A stretch of DNA of 64,000 nt, taken from positions 434,001 through 498,000 of the forward strand of contig CAIIXF020000001.1 of the NCBI GenBank assembly GCA_903813345.2. Reading direction: 5' to 3'. Numbering within the stretch: the first letter of the stretch is position 1; each line of letters begins with the position of its first letter. The DNA comes from Owenia fusiformis (lineage: Eukaryota). Shown here piece by piece: positions 12,881 through 24,800 of the stretch. The notes below the pieces were generated by a model. That model did no database searches. It saw only the letters and a list, made by a program, of their open reading frames with translations, and was not told where the DNA came from. The position numbers and the translations under genes are program-made.

Positions 12881-13415
12881 CACTGGTGATCCACTCGATT
12901 ACGCTGGTTACCGAAACGATTCGTTTTGGTAACAAAATGTCGGAACATCGAAGGTACGATTTTTCTTTTTTCCTTATTTCACACGTTGTAGGCAGAATTC
13001 CCACGACATTTTTAACACAAACGTGTATCAGTATCATATGTTTAAGAAAATGTACATATTTGCGAACAAATAGTTCAGAAGACAATAGAATCGTAGATTT
13101 AATTCCTCACTTAAGTTACATAAACGGTTTTTCGAAAAACAGTTAAGATCTGCACTTTTAACCCAAACCGTTTATGCAACTTACGTGAGGAATTAAGTCG
13201 ACGATTCAGTTGTCTTCTTAGCTATTTTTTCGCAAACATGTACATTTTCTATAACATATGATGCTGATACACGTTTGTGAGAAAAAACGTCGTTGGGATT
13301 CTGCCTACAACGCGTGAAATAGGGAAAAAAGAAAAATCGTACCTTCGACGTTCCGACATGTTGTTACCAAAACGAACCGTTTCGGTAACCAGCGTAATCG
13401 AGCGGATCACCAGTG
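12881..13415. mobile_element. Foldback element with ~250-bp inverted arms and CACTG...CAGTG termini (CMC/Transib-like)
   Basis: cactggtgatccactcgattacgctggttaccgaaac... mirrors ...gtttcggtaaccagcgtaatcgagcggatcaccagtg. The flanks are acatt and acctt, a possible 5-bp TSD with one mismatch. Confidence 0.85.
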
Positions 13416-13601
13416 ACCTTAAGCTTATAGACTATGTTATAAACATAAAATACGCTATAAGTGCGGTTGCGTAATCAATATATTGCTTTAAACCATTCAG
13501 TGTCAATGACTGTTGACGGATCAGTGTGAGATTCTGTAAATTATCTAGAAATATAGGGTGGTCCAAAAGTTGACAACGTATGAACCTCTTCTCTGTTGCA
13601 G

Positions 13602-13670
13602 ATAGTGGGAATCGTCGCAGCATGTTGTTTAGCAAGAGCAATCAAACAAAAAGAAAACGACGTCGTATAA
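13602..13670 (+). CDS. Tetraspanin candidate last exon C: IVGIVAACCLARAIKQKENDVV*
   Basis: Acceptor ctcttctctgttgcag at 13601. It is phase 0 with a canonical TM4 end and juxtamembrane Cys. TAA at 13668-13670 and AATAAA at 13876. Confidence 0.8.
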   Translation: MVGIVAACCLARAIKQKENDVV

Positions 13671-13993
13671 ATCATTACGAATCGACATATTAGAAACACC
13701 ACACAATTATTGGAAGATTTCTGGAGAGGACTAAAAGACAGGACTAAAAGGCATGAGAGTGACGTTATTATACAGTTAGCAAGTGTAACGCAGGCCTTGA
13801 GTTTATTGATTTTCTCCCTATATCATGACATGTATAATGTGAATAGTATCACGAACTACTTTTATTGGTGCCAAGAATAAAGAACGTTAATTACTAATTT
13901 ACGTAACTAAAGAAGTCAAGAACAAAGTACTAATGTAAACAAGAACCATTCAAGAACTAAGTACTATTATATATTGATACCGGTACTAATGTA

Positions 13994-15566
13994 CCAGGTC
14001 GTTTAATAAGTTCACGGAAATGCTCTCGTGTAAAAGATTTTTGATATTTTCTCATGAAAGGATTGGTATTGATATGATGAACTTTTTGAACACGCGTTTC
14101 TCTTAAACCAGTCACAGTCATAAAAAAATTCTGAAAATTTTACACATCGTCAATTTAATGGTCATATTTTGAATGGCAACAATATAATTTGAAAAAAATG
14201 TATATACTTTCCTCTATATTGTTTTAGACATTATACACCTCTTTTTCATGTTCTGAATGAAATGAAACATCTATCCGAGGCTCATTGGAACAAAACGATA
14301 TAAATACAACGTGTTTAGGTCTCTCAATATTGTAATTTTTTGAATACTTTTTGTTAAATCAACCAAAATTTCCTTTTTATAACTATAATAATAATATTGA
14401 GAGGTCTAAAAAATGTTGTATATGGTATTTTGTTCCAACAAATAAAGACATTTTATTTCATTCGCAAGAATTGGTAGAATAGAACAATAAACAATTGCAC
14501 TAAAAACAGTTAACAAAAGCAGTTATATAAAATAATATAAATAATTTTCGCATTAAATTGTTGTCAATCAGTCAACATTACATAAAGGACCGGTTTTTAC
14601 AGAATGTTTTCAATAATTGGTTTAAGAGAAAAACATTGCTGAATTCAGTTCACCATATCGATACCTATCCTATTCACATAATGTATAAACAATTTTTCAT
14701 TGATACTTAAAATTTGATTGGTCAAAAATAAAGGCCGTTGTCTTTCTAAATTACTCAAATTCAGATTCCGTTGTCATTGACGATATCGAAGACACTATAT
14801 TTTGGCGAATCACGACCCTCATATGATACATTATCACAAGAACTTAATGCATGCACAGAATTAGCGACGATAAAATCCCATGAAATGAGGACCAAGTGAA
14901 TAAACATTTGAAGCGACGGTTATGTCCGCCATTTGTGACAACGGTATCTGACTTTACCGTAGTCAGGGTATTCCGGTGTGATTCGGCCAAACTCTTTCTT
15001 TATGAACGGTCACATTGCTAATGTTGTACGGAAACCATTGCGCATAAGTAGCAAAATAGATGGCAACGCTGCCCCAAGTTTTTTTTAAATAGGATGAAGC
15101 ATCAACTAAGATGTGCACTTTTTAGAACAATGTAACAACTTTCAGTCCAGATCACGGCTATTCAAACAAGTTTTCCAGATGGCTTCAGAGTACAGTAACG
15201 ACAACGGGTTGAATGTGAGCGACTGTGATTTAAACATGAGTGAGAATATTTCGAACATCTTATAGGACAATATTTGTGACTTATATTTTAAGTTATTATA
15301 CCATGTACACGTAGAAAGCGGAGAAGAGGAAATGCATGTGATACATTCATAAATTTCCTACTATTTCTGTTGTATTCTAATGAATAATATGACGTAAAAA
15401 ATGCCCGCCTCCCTAAAAGTCAAGTTACCATAGTAAGCATTATTCTTGACCAATAAAATAAGAGATACTAATATTCAATGAATCAATTACAAAATATTTT
15501 TTACACATGTGAAAATTTCATGAGAAAATATCAAAAATCTTTCCGTAAATTTGTTGAACGACCTGG
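13994..15566. mobile_element. Non-autonomous TA-flanked DNA element containing a nested MITE (~14060-14670)
   Basis: TIRs ta-ccaggtcgtttaataagttcacggaa and ttccgtaaatttgttgaacgacctgg-ta. The same terminus recurs at ~53093. Confidence 0.75.
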
Positions 15567-17197
15567 TATATGCTATAGCTATGTTAAGAAAGAGACATAC
15601 TCATATGAAAATGTAAATAATTAATTAATTCCAGCGTATGCAAATCATTATTTTTGTACATTATATTTATGTGTACTCTGAAACATTTCATTGTAATATA
15701 ACATTCAATATGCAATCTAGATTTTTCTGCTGTTTATTAAAGTTTGTTTTATATAAAAGCACCAAGGAAATGAATTATTTTTTCGATTTAGCGAAATATG
15801 CATGTACAGGCGCACAATCATCAAACAGCACTGTCCGATAAAAACTGCTGTATATTTCACTACACGATCAAGTAAACAATCGACAGATTGTAGCAAAACG
15901 AAGGCTCTATATTGTAAGTCCATCAACTAGCTTATTCTTGGTAGTATATTCAGCCAGTAGAATGTGTTTCACCTGATGTGGAATCATTGTTTTTAACCAA
16001 TTTTAATGATACAGGTGTAGGAATCAATATCTGTGATTTTTTAAGTGATTTTTATCATTTTGTCATTAGATTTTATATAACAATCGAATGTACAAAAAGG
16101 AATCATTCGACCGTCGCGCAGCTTATTTTGCTAACCCCTTGGTTAACAAGATTCAATTTATTTCAGAATTCATCCCTTTAAAGGCTAAGATTATCAATGA
16201 TCTCTATAGATATAGGTTTTTAATATCTTTTAATCGTGGAAAATTTCAAACAATTTCACACATGATTGCAATTGTTTATTGGGATTTAATATACGAAGAC
16301 AGAGGTACCGATATGCTGCGGCAATATTAGAAATAAGCTGTTTGTCTTTCGTGTAATTGTGTTTATCTTCAAATGGGTCAAATATTATATGAACGAAGCC
16401 AAGGATATTATCTTTAACATTCATTAGAGCTTTCGAATCACATGTGGTATATGGGGCAGGGGCGGATCTGGGAACCAACAAGGGGTTGGGGCCCAAATTT
16501 CAGGTCTTCAAAAAAGGGGCCAAATTTTGAAATTTTGAGGCCCATTTTCTTCCAAATTAGGCCTAAGATTAAAAATAAGGTCAAGGCAATTCTTTCTCGA
16601 AATTTGCAATATCTGGTGGAGAAACGATTAACACTCTGCTCCTGAGATAGCTCCAAAAGAAAAAGTCACAACGATTCAGGTCAGAAGGACTTCCATTAGC
16701 ACTTAGCCCTTGTATTGCACTGACTTGCAATATCTGAAACTTGGTCATGAGCCGACTTTGACCCACTTTGCAAATGGAAGGATTTCTGATCCAACCATGA
16801 CCACAGTACATCTGAATGAATGACATATCATTGCAAAGATGAGGGGTGTGGCTTTATGGTACATTGATTGAATGAAATCGATGTAGTCATCACTGTTTTG
16901 TGATTTTACAAGATAACTGCTTGTTGCGTTTTTTTGACACGCCCTGTATATAAAAACGGCGCTAATATACCTATTTTATCATTGTCATTTTGTACAAGGA
17001 TACTCACGTTCAAATACGACTCATAATAATTATACAGGGTAAGCCAAAAACGTAACACAAACAAATATATGATATTTATCAACTTTTTACAACCACTTCA
17101 TACCTTTTTTTGGTACACATAACACAATAATTCAAAGCAATCTATTAAAGGTTAGAACTTTATTTTTCATCCCATTTTCTCATATTTAAGAATTGAT

Positions 17198-18427
17198 TTA
17201 CGGACTTGTTTCAGTACATGGTTGTAACATCTGCTGAAAACTTTTGGCAAAAAATTTATCTCGAAGTTCTTCTCTGGATGGAGTGAAGAGATGTTCGTCA
17301 AGGGGGGTGCTCGCATATGTTTCAAGTTCCACCATGTTAATAGCCCCATTTCTAATCTCATTCTCCAATCCGATTATAAAGATGTCAACGTCCCTCTTAT
17401 TTTTCAGATGGTTTGCAATTCGAGTAGCTACACTTGCCCTGGCCGCCCTCCTTGTGAAACCATCAGTAAACACGACGAGGGCATTTTTGAATCGTTTCCT
17501 ATCTCCATTTGCCTTCCTAAAGTATGTTTCATTCACAGCTTTGAACATACGATCGGTGCGTGATTTTCGGTCTCTTGGTTCTTCGAAAAAGGTATTAATA
17601 GTTGTCTTGATAGCTTCGTTGTCATAGTGATCATTCAAATAGAAACCATGCAAGGCATGTTTGTTGTACATGAGCATGCCGACTTGAGAGTCCTCTTTAG
17701 ATATCGCCAACTCATCAATTAGATTATTCAAGAATTGGCGGACAGCATCTTGGTCTTCAAGAGAGACACTGAAACTTGTGTCACACGCGAATACGATATC
17801 TCTACCAATGGATACACAATCTAAAAAACAAATATAAGTTATCCTACACCCGGAACAAAAGATGAATTATTCATCTAGTTCGATATACTACTTCAATATA
17901 CATATTTCATAAGGGTCGCTAGTCATTCAATATTTATTAATAGCATTCAAGATTACCGCGTGCACCACCATCACCGCCACCTGGTAGGTCTGGTAAACCG
18001 CCATCTGGTAGACCGCCATCAGGTAGACCGCCATCAGGTAGACCGCCATCTGGTAGACCGCCATCTGGAATAGCTGGAACAACCGTCCCATCAAGCTCAT
18101 TTGTAGTACTAGTTGTAGTTTGTTCTTCGACTCTAACCGTAGTCATATCACTTATATAAGAGGACGTTTCTATTGTCGACTCAGTTGTGCCAGATGAGGC
18201 TTCGGTGGCCTCATTTGTGCCAGATGAGGCTTCGGTGGCCTCAGTTGTGCCAGATGAAGCTTCGGTGGCCTCATTTGTGCCAGATGAGGCTTCGGTGGCC
18301 TCAGTTGTGCCAGATGAGGTTTCGGTGGCATCATTTGTGCCAGATGAAGTTTCAGTAGTCGTCTCGGTTGAGGGTGATTCTGTAGACGTCGAAGTTACGC
18401 CAGCAGGAACAACAGCATTATCAATTT
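17198..18427 (-). CDS. Second module: Ser/Thr/Glu-rich mucin-like and (PDGGL)n linker exon 18427-17957, then VWA exon 17820-17198. The upstream exon is unresolved
   Basis: attttag acceptor, (TEASSGTxEA)n and PDGGLPDGGL, donor G|gtaatc. The next exon reads DCVSIGRDIVFACDTSFS (MIDAS DxSxS) ... LVVFTDG ... QPCTETSP*. Both introns are phase 1. Confidence 0.85.
17990..18355 (-). repeat. Coding tandem repeats: 15-bp PDGGL units (~5) and 30-bp TEASSGTxEA units (~6)
   Basis: gaccgccatc(a/t)ggta repeats at 17990-18068 and ttgtgccagatgaggcttcggtggcctca repeats at 18180-18355. Confidence 0.9.
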
Positions 18428-20783
18428 CTAAAATAATCGCAATCACTGCATAATCACCATTGCTTGCAATTCATTTGAAAAATGATGATGTATTATACAT
18501 AATTATACATTACAGGGTGGTCTAATATACAATAAATGACCCAAGAGGACAATACTATTTGGTTATGATGAGCACAAAGTATCAGACAATACGTCGTAAC
18601 AGAAACATAAGACGTAAAGAAAAAATGCTGGTTTGGATTTCAGATGTCATTGTTGCCCCTTGGTTTGATTATCTACTAGGTTGTAGTCCGCGGTTGTGCG
18701 TTTGGTTCCTACAAAAACAAACATATCGGGGTTTAATTTTAGATATTGGTTATAAAGATTGTTTTGATGTTCATGTAGGTATAGACATTTGAGGGCAGAC
18801 AGTTCAACATATTTTTCAAGTATTAAGATCATATCACGCTCACCTCATTTATTTCAAAACGGTTAGATGCCATTTTGACTATTGGCTAATCAGTTTCACA
18901 GCGTACGCGCATTTCCTCAATATTCGTCGCCAAAAGTCCGATGCCATTCACTGCTACTCGTGCACTCGACCTTGAGTATATTATCATCATTTACTACACA
19001 TGGAAACTGAGGTCAGCTATAGTATGCTATAATCTCGGCATTTTATCCAATATTGTTCCGTTTTAATATCTTGTACAAGCTTTACTGTGCTTGGTGTTCT
19101 ATACTAAGACTATTGAGTTAGATGATTTGAGTTGCCGAAATGCAATGCAGTTTTTACAGTGTGGGTGACATATTTCATAAAAGTTGAATATCATCAATTC
19201 ACGGTTTAATGTTAAGAAAAAATGATAATAATCATAATACGGAATTTTTAGTATTGCTAAAGTCCAAGGTTCAATAAAACAGCCAATGAAGACCTACCTT
19301 GGAATGCAAAATGTTCATATTGTAAGCTCATTGTTTCAGCCATCCAATCTTTATCTGCCACTTTATGTCTTTGGGAGTTTAATAACGTTATATATGACTC
19401 TTTGCTTATCCCAAGCGATCTCTTGTCAGGATTTGGAATCATATATCAGTGACACGATCAGAGGATTGACAGGTAGACAATGATACAATAGCATATTGTC
19501 AATATGTAATGGCGTGTTAATCCAAGGGACATGCAAAAAATTTGTAATCACGAAATTGACTGACACTTCAGATACTATTTTTTAATAACAAAAAAAAACA
19601 TTTTTGTTTTTATTTTGAGTCTGCACACGATGAAATATGTCAATAGTTTTCATTGAATCTTACTTTATTCTATTATTTGACGGATTAGATGTTTGAATTT
19701 ATGTATAATTATCATGCCTGATTGTTTATAATTTTTACTCATCATAGAAACACGTACAATGTTTAAGTACCATGCCAAACAAGTCATAGCAACAATTACA
19801 ATGTTTTTAGCACCACCCCAAATAAATCAAGATTGAATTTTTTAATTTTAAAAAATTCATTCTCCATTAAACAGGATTCTCAATTCTCAAGGAAGGTTCT
19901 TTGATTTTATTCTTAGCTTAACCTAACCCATTTTATTCTGATTTACTTTTCACTATTAAGTGTAGGGAACCAGTTAGCACATTTGTATGTATAACTCACT
20001 CAGTTAATCAAATTAATTTGATCTATGTTCATTTCAAAACGCAAGCCTGAAATTAAAATTAAAAATTAAAATGTTTTAATACCTCCCCAAACAAATCAAA
20101 GCAATGTTTTTAGCACCACCACAAATGCATTATTTCAAAAATAGCCAGAGGACTTTTACAAACTGTCGAAGTTATCAATAAACAGTTTGAGCCAAAATAG
20201 GAAATACCTCAAGTTAACGATAAATATCATATGCTGTATGTTGAATCATGCCATGTGTTATATATAATTTTAAAGATTAAATACTTCCTAGCAATAAAGG
20301 ATTTAAGCCCTGGACTCAGTGCATTGTTTGTCCGCAAACCTTTGCATGACCGCGATGATGGCAGGGATGTCATGAGCGACCAAAAAAGTATTTTATGTGG
20401 ATTTCAAAATTGAGGAAAATTGAGGGAAATTTGAACTTTGGCAACTACATTTATATGATGATACATTTTTGAACTAACTATCAATTGTGTATTATTCTTA
20501 AATAAGTCTCTAATGATTCAGTCAAGCATATTGAGTGCAGCTGAGAAAAGCTGGGAAATTCGGGGATTTTAATTTTTTGTTTTATTTTTGGTCGTCATGA
20601 CACTTCTGGTGTCTATATAAGCCTCTAACTCCACAGGAAAACAAAGATGTTTCAATTGGATGGAGCGATATTGTAATAAAATGATTTATGTTTAAAATAA
20701 TATATAATACATGGCATGGTTTTATGAGTCATGTATCTTTAAACGTGGGTATTTTTTGGCCCGATATATGTGTACATGTATAT

Positions 20784-21345
20784 CGGGTGTCTCAAAAATG
20801 TATCCAGAAGTATATCAACAGCACAGATAAACCAATCAATATTTTCAGACATATTTTGCATGGTCATATAGTCAAAACATGAAAGTTTTCTCCCCAATAT
20901 ACCATTTTTATTTCAGTCGTGCATTTTTTATGCTTTAACCCTTTACCTTTTATACCACATAATCAATATAACCTCATATTCACTATTCACCAGATTTGAA
21001 GGCCCATAGCTTTTTTCTCTGTGGCTATTTGAAGGACCCTTTTTATGCTAAACCCAAGCTAAGAGACCTAGAACAATTTAAGACCAGCATCCGAACAGAA
21101 ATCAAATCATTCACCAGAAATATCAAATGTGATGAACAATGTAATAGTAAGGATGCAGACTGTCATCGAAATATGAAGTCACATTGATTATGTGGTGTAA
21201 AAAGTAAAGGGTTACAGTATCACAAAGGCAAAACTGAATTAAAAACTATGAACAGAGGAAAAACGTACATATTTTGACTACAAGACCATGCAAAACATTT
21301 TTCTATGCTGTTGATAGATTTTTGAGTACATTTTTGAGACACCCT
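20784..21345. mobile_element. Mariner-derived MITE with a transposase C-terminal remnant. A tiny MITE abuts it at ~21349-21424
   Basis: TIRs gggtgtctcaaaaatgta and tacatttttgagacaccc. The remnant SFFLCGYLKDPFYAKP resembles mariner DFFLWGYLK. A similar remnant SPSDLNRCDFFFWSYLR lies at ~16580-16700 (-). Confidence 0.75.
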
Positions 21346-21844
21346 ATACAGGGCGTGTCAAAAAACGCAATAAGTAGTTATCTCGTAAAATCACAAAACT
21401 AGTGCGTTTTTTTGATACGCCCCGTATACCTACATATTCATGAAAATCATGAACAATATCTGACTTAGTAATGGAGGGGATGTTGTATTTTTAAATAATT
21501 AATCTGAAATTTAGTCACTTTTGTTCGCTACGCCTTATAATATCTTTAATTTATTTAAAAATCCATATTAGTCAGTAAATCAATGTTAATGTGTTTGTAA
21601 TGTATATTGAAACAGATTTCGATTCTCTTCCTTTTGTAATTTTACAAATTTACATTAAAATGGTTGTATACAAACGCCAAATATTCACTTGCTTTTATTC
21701 ACCAACACTATTACATGCTATATGGTGTAGTCAAATGAATAGGAATATAGTCAAAGCTGCAACAACATTAAGCGTATCGCCTGTATCTTACAAATGCTAA
21801 ATTTAAAGTCCTCCTTTGAATTCGTTATTCAACTGTTGTTGTGT

Positions 21845-24800
21845 TCAGGGAATAGGGACACATGGTTGAAGAAGCTCTCGAAATCTCTGCGCAAATATCT
21901 TGTCAGTCAATTCAATTGCGCTGGGAACTCCGTTTTCGTCCACAGGCTGAATCAAATGATCTGTCACATTATCGCTCACAAGTACTCTCAATTCAGTAGT
22001 ATTGTATCCCTTATTCGGGGTAAATCTATTTAGAAGTGCAACGCTGAATATTTCAAGTCCTCTCTCTTTAAGGTCGGTTGCCTTTTTTCTTGCCTTTAAT
22101 GCATTCCTATAAGGAAATGTTGTACCATCTGAGAAAATAACTAACTGGTTTTTAAAGCCTTCTCTGTCTCCACCATCCGGCTTGAAAAAACTTTCGTCTA
22201 CGGCTCTTAACATCCGGGCTGTTTGGGTTTTCCTAAATCTTTCCAAGGTGAAATGGCTGTTCAGCTGGTCAAGGAGGTCATTGTTGTTACTTGCCGAGTC
22301 CAGGAAGAATCCGGTCAAAGGGTTACTGCTGTACCTCAGGAAACCCATCCTTGTTCCTTCGTCACCAATAGTGAGTTCGGATATCAAGTTTCTAATGAAC
22401 TCCCGGACCACATTGAGATCGTTTTCAGCTATACTTTTACTGTTATCTACAGCTATAACTATGTCAGTACCCTGGACGGAACAATCTGCAAGAACAGTAA
22501 TCAGTCATCTTTGAACTTTCAGATTTTTAAAAAGGAAATACTGACGGGGTAAAATTAATGGTAAGAGCCCCAAAGATAATTGCGATTCCAATAATCGCTC
22601 AAATAATTAACTTTCATGATTCAAATTTAATTCACCGTTTGGTCCGCCGCCACCTCCGTCTGGCCCACCATCAGGTAAGTCCGTCGGTAGTTCGTTTCCG
22701 CCACCGCTGTCATCTTGAGCATCTGAAATGTAAGATCAAAGATATATTTAAATAAATCTAAATAATTACAATTATTGTATTTAGTGCATAGTTGAAATGG
22801 TATACAAGAAGTAAAAAACTATTTCACCCTCTGCAAAGTACTTACAAATGGCGTTTAGGGCATAGTTTCTCATGGTAAGTACAGTTCTTCTCGTAAACGA
22901 TTTATCCGCCATTGAAAACAGAGTTCGTTCAGTGTAATTATTGATGAATGTGGCGGACTCTATTGTTTGCATGCCACGCCCTGCCACAAATGGGATAACT
23001 CCTTCAGCTCTGGACGCATCGTAAATGACTGCCATACAATCTCGCTCTGCATCGACATATTGCTAAATAAAAATCAACATTGAAATGTATTTGGTAGCTA
23101 CGTGAAATGTTTTAAATATAGAGGGTAGCATCAATTTTCGATTTAATTTTAAATATATAAACAATTTTCATTAAGGTCATTTAAAGACATGAGTAATCGG
23201 TTTCTATTTCTGAGACATTCTTCTTTCAATTGACACTTGGAATCTCCTATTACATTCTATATTCAACTATACAAGGATTACACTTACTGGTGAAGCTAGC
23301 TCAACGATGTGTTTTCCTTTGGAAGCCTCTGGAAGTTCAGTTACGGACAATTTCTTGTACAAGCCGTCACCTAATACCTTGACTATCTAGACAAAATATG
23401 AACGTGCATATATTAATGCTTCTTTGAACATTTTTAACCTACCATGATATAAGTATTTTGTTGTAACCTACTATGATATAAGCGATTTATTTGAACCTAC
23501 CATGATATAAGCGGTTAGTTTGAACCTACCATGATATAAGCGGTTAGTTTGAACCTACCATGATATAAGCGGTTAGTTTGAACCTACCATGATATAAGCT
23601 GTTTGTTTTAACTTACCATGACATAAATGTTTTGTTTTAACCTGCCATGATTAATAGTGCCATGGTTCGATGATTTTTGGTGAAAAATGATAATTTATGA
23701 AAGAATGAAGTGTTTCGAGATTGTTTGTGCAGCTAAAGAATGATCTATAGACAGTTAGGCATTTCATGGGTACTTAACTATATTTGGGTTGGTTTGAGTT
23801 TAGGCCAAACTTTTTTCTTGTGAATTCAACATTTCTAGATTTAAATGGTGACATTAATTGGGATCTATAGAATTTAGCCTCCAAAGAGTCGAGCAAATTT
23901 CTTTGTATTGATCACATTATTTTATTGGCAAAAATCATTGGACCAACGACACAACAATTGTTTGCATAATATTTAGCCAAAAGCTGACAAAATTAGTCAG
24001 TTTTCACTGGTTTTCTATCGTTAAACCTCTTAAATCAAAATTATAGATAAATTTTGGCTAATTAGATACCCTTTATGAAATTATTCCCAAGTGTAGCCTA
24101 AAGAATAAAATTCAGCCATTTATTTAGTTCGAATATTTTGACATCTCTCAGAAAAATTGGGCTGACCAATTCTAACATCTAAAAATGTTACAATATATCC
24201 CTAATCAATCAAAATATGTCAAAAATATCAATTTTTTCATGACAGTTTGCAGGTCTCCCAACAATGACATCTTAGGCAACTTTCCGATGGTCAATGCCAA
24301 AACAGTGCCTAATAATCGTCAAAACTCGTAATGTTGACGTCAAAAATCTTTATTGACCATCGTTTAATAAACATTTTACGTCATATATCCGCCGTTTTAG
24401 TAATTTCTAATGTTGCTAATTGAGACAATTCCAAAAACAATTGCTCTAATGCAATCCATTTGGGATAATATTGAAATCTTTGGATTTATTTAAAAAACGA
24501 GGATTTTCGGAACTTATCACCATATACCCCTTTCAAATCAAAAAATTGCATATATCTCCAATTGAGAAAAGAAGATATGACCGCTTTTTCCGCCTTCTAT
24601 CCGAATTTTGAATATTTTTTGATAAAGGGTAGGTATCGATATGGTGAACTGAATTCAACAATGTTTTTTTCTTAAACCAATTATTGAAAACGTTCTGTAA
24701 AAAACACTGTCCTTTATGTATTGTTGACTATATATATTTCAAATTATAATGTTATACCATCCAACAGATGACCATTAAATTGACGATGTGCAAAATTTTC

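Noticed and set aside
12669-13474. Mirror-image ORFs on both strands
   Set aside because: They are by-products of the foldback element's inverted arms.
17244-22552. Plus-strand ORFs over the VWA and mucin exons
   Set aside because: They are antisense shadows of the minus-strand coding exons.
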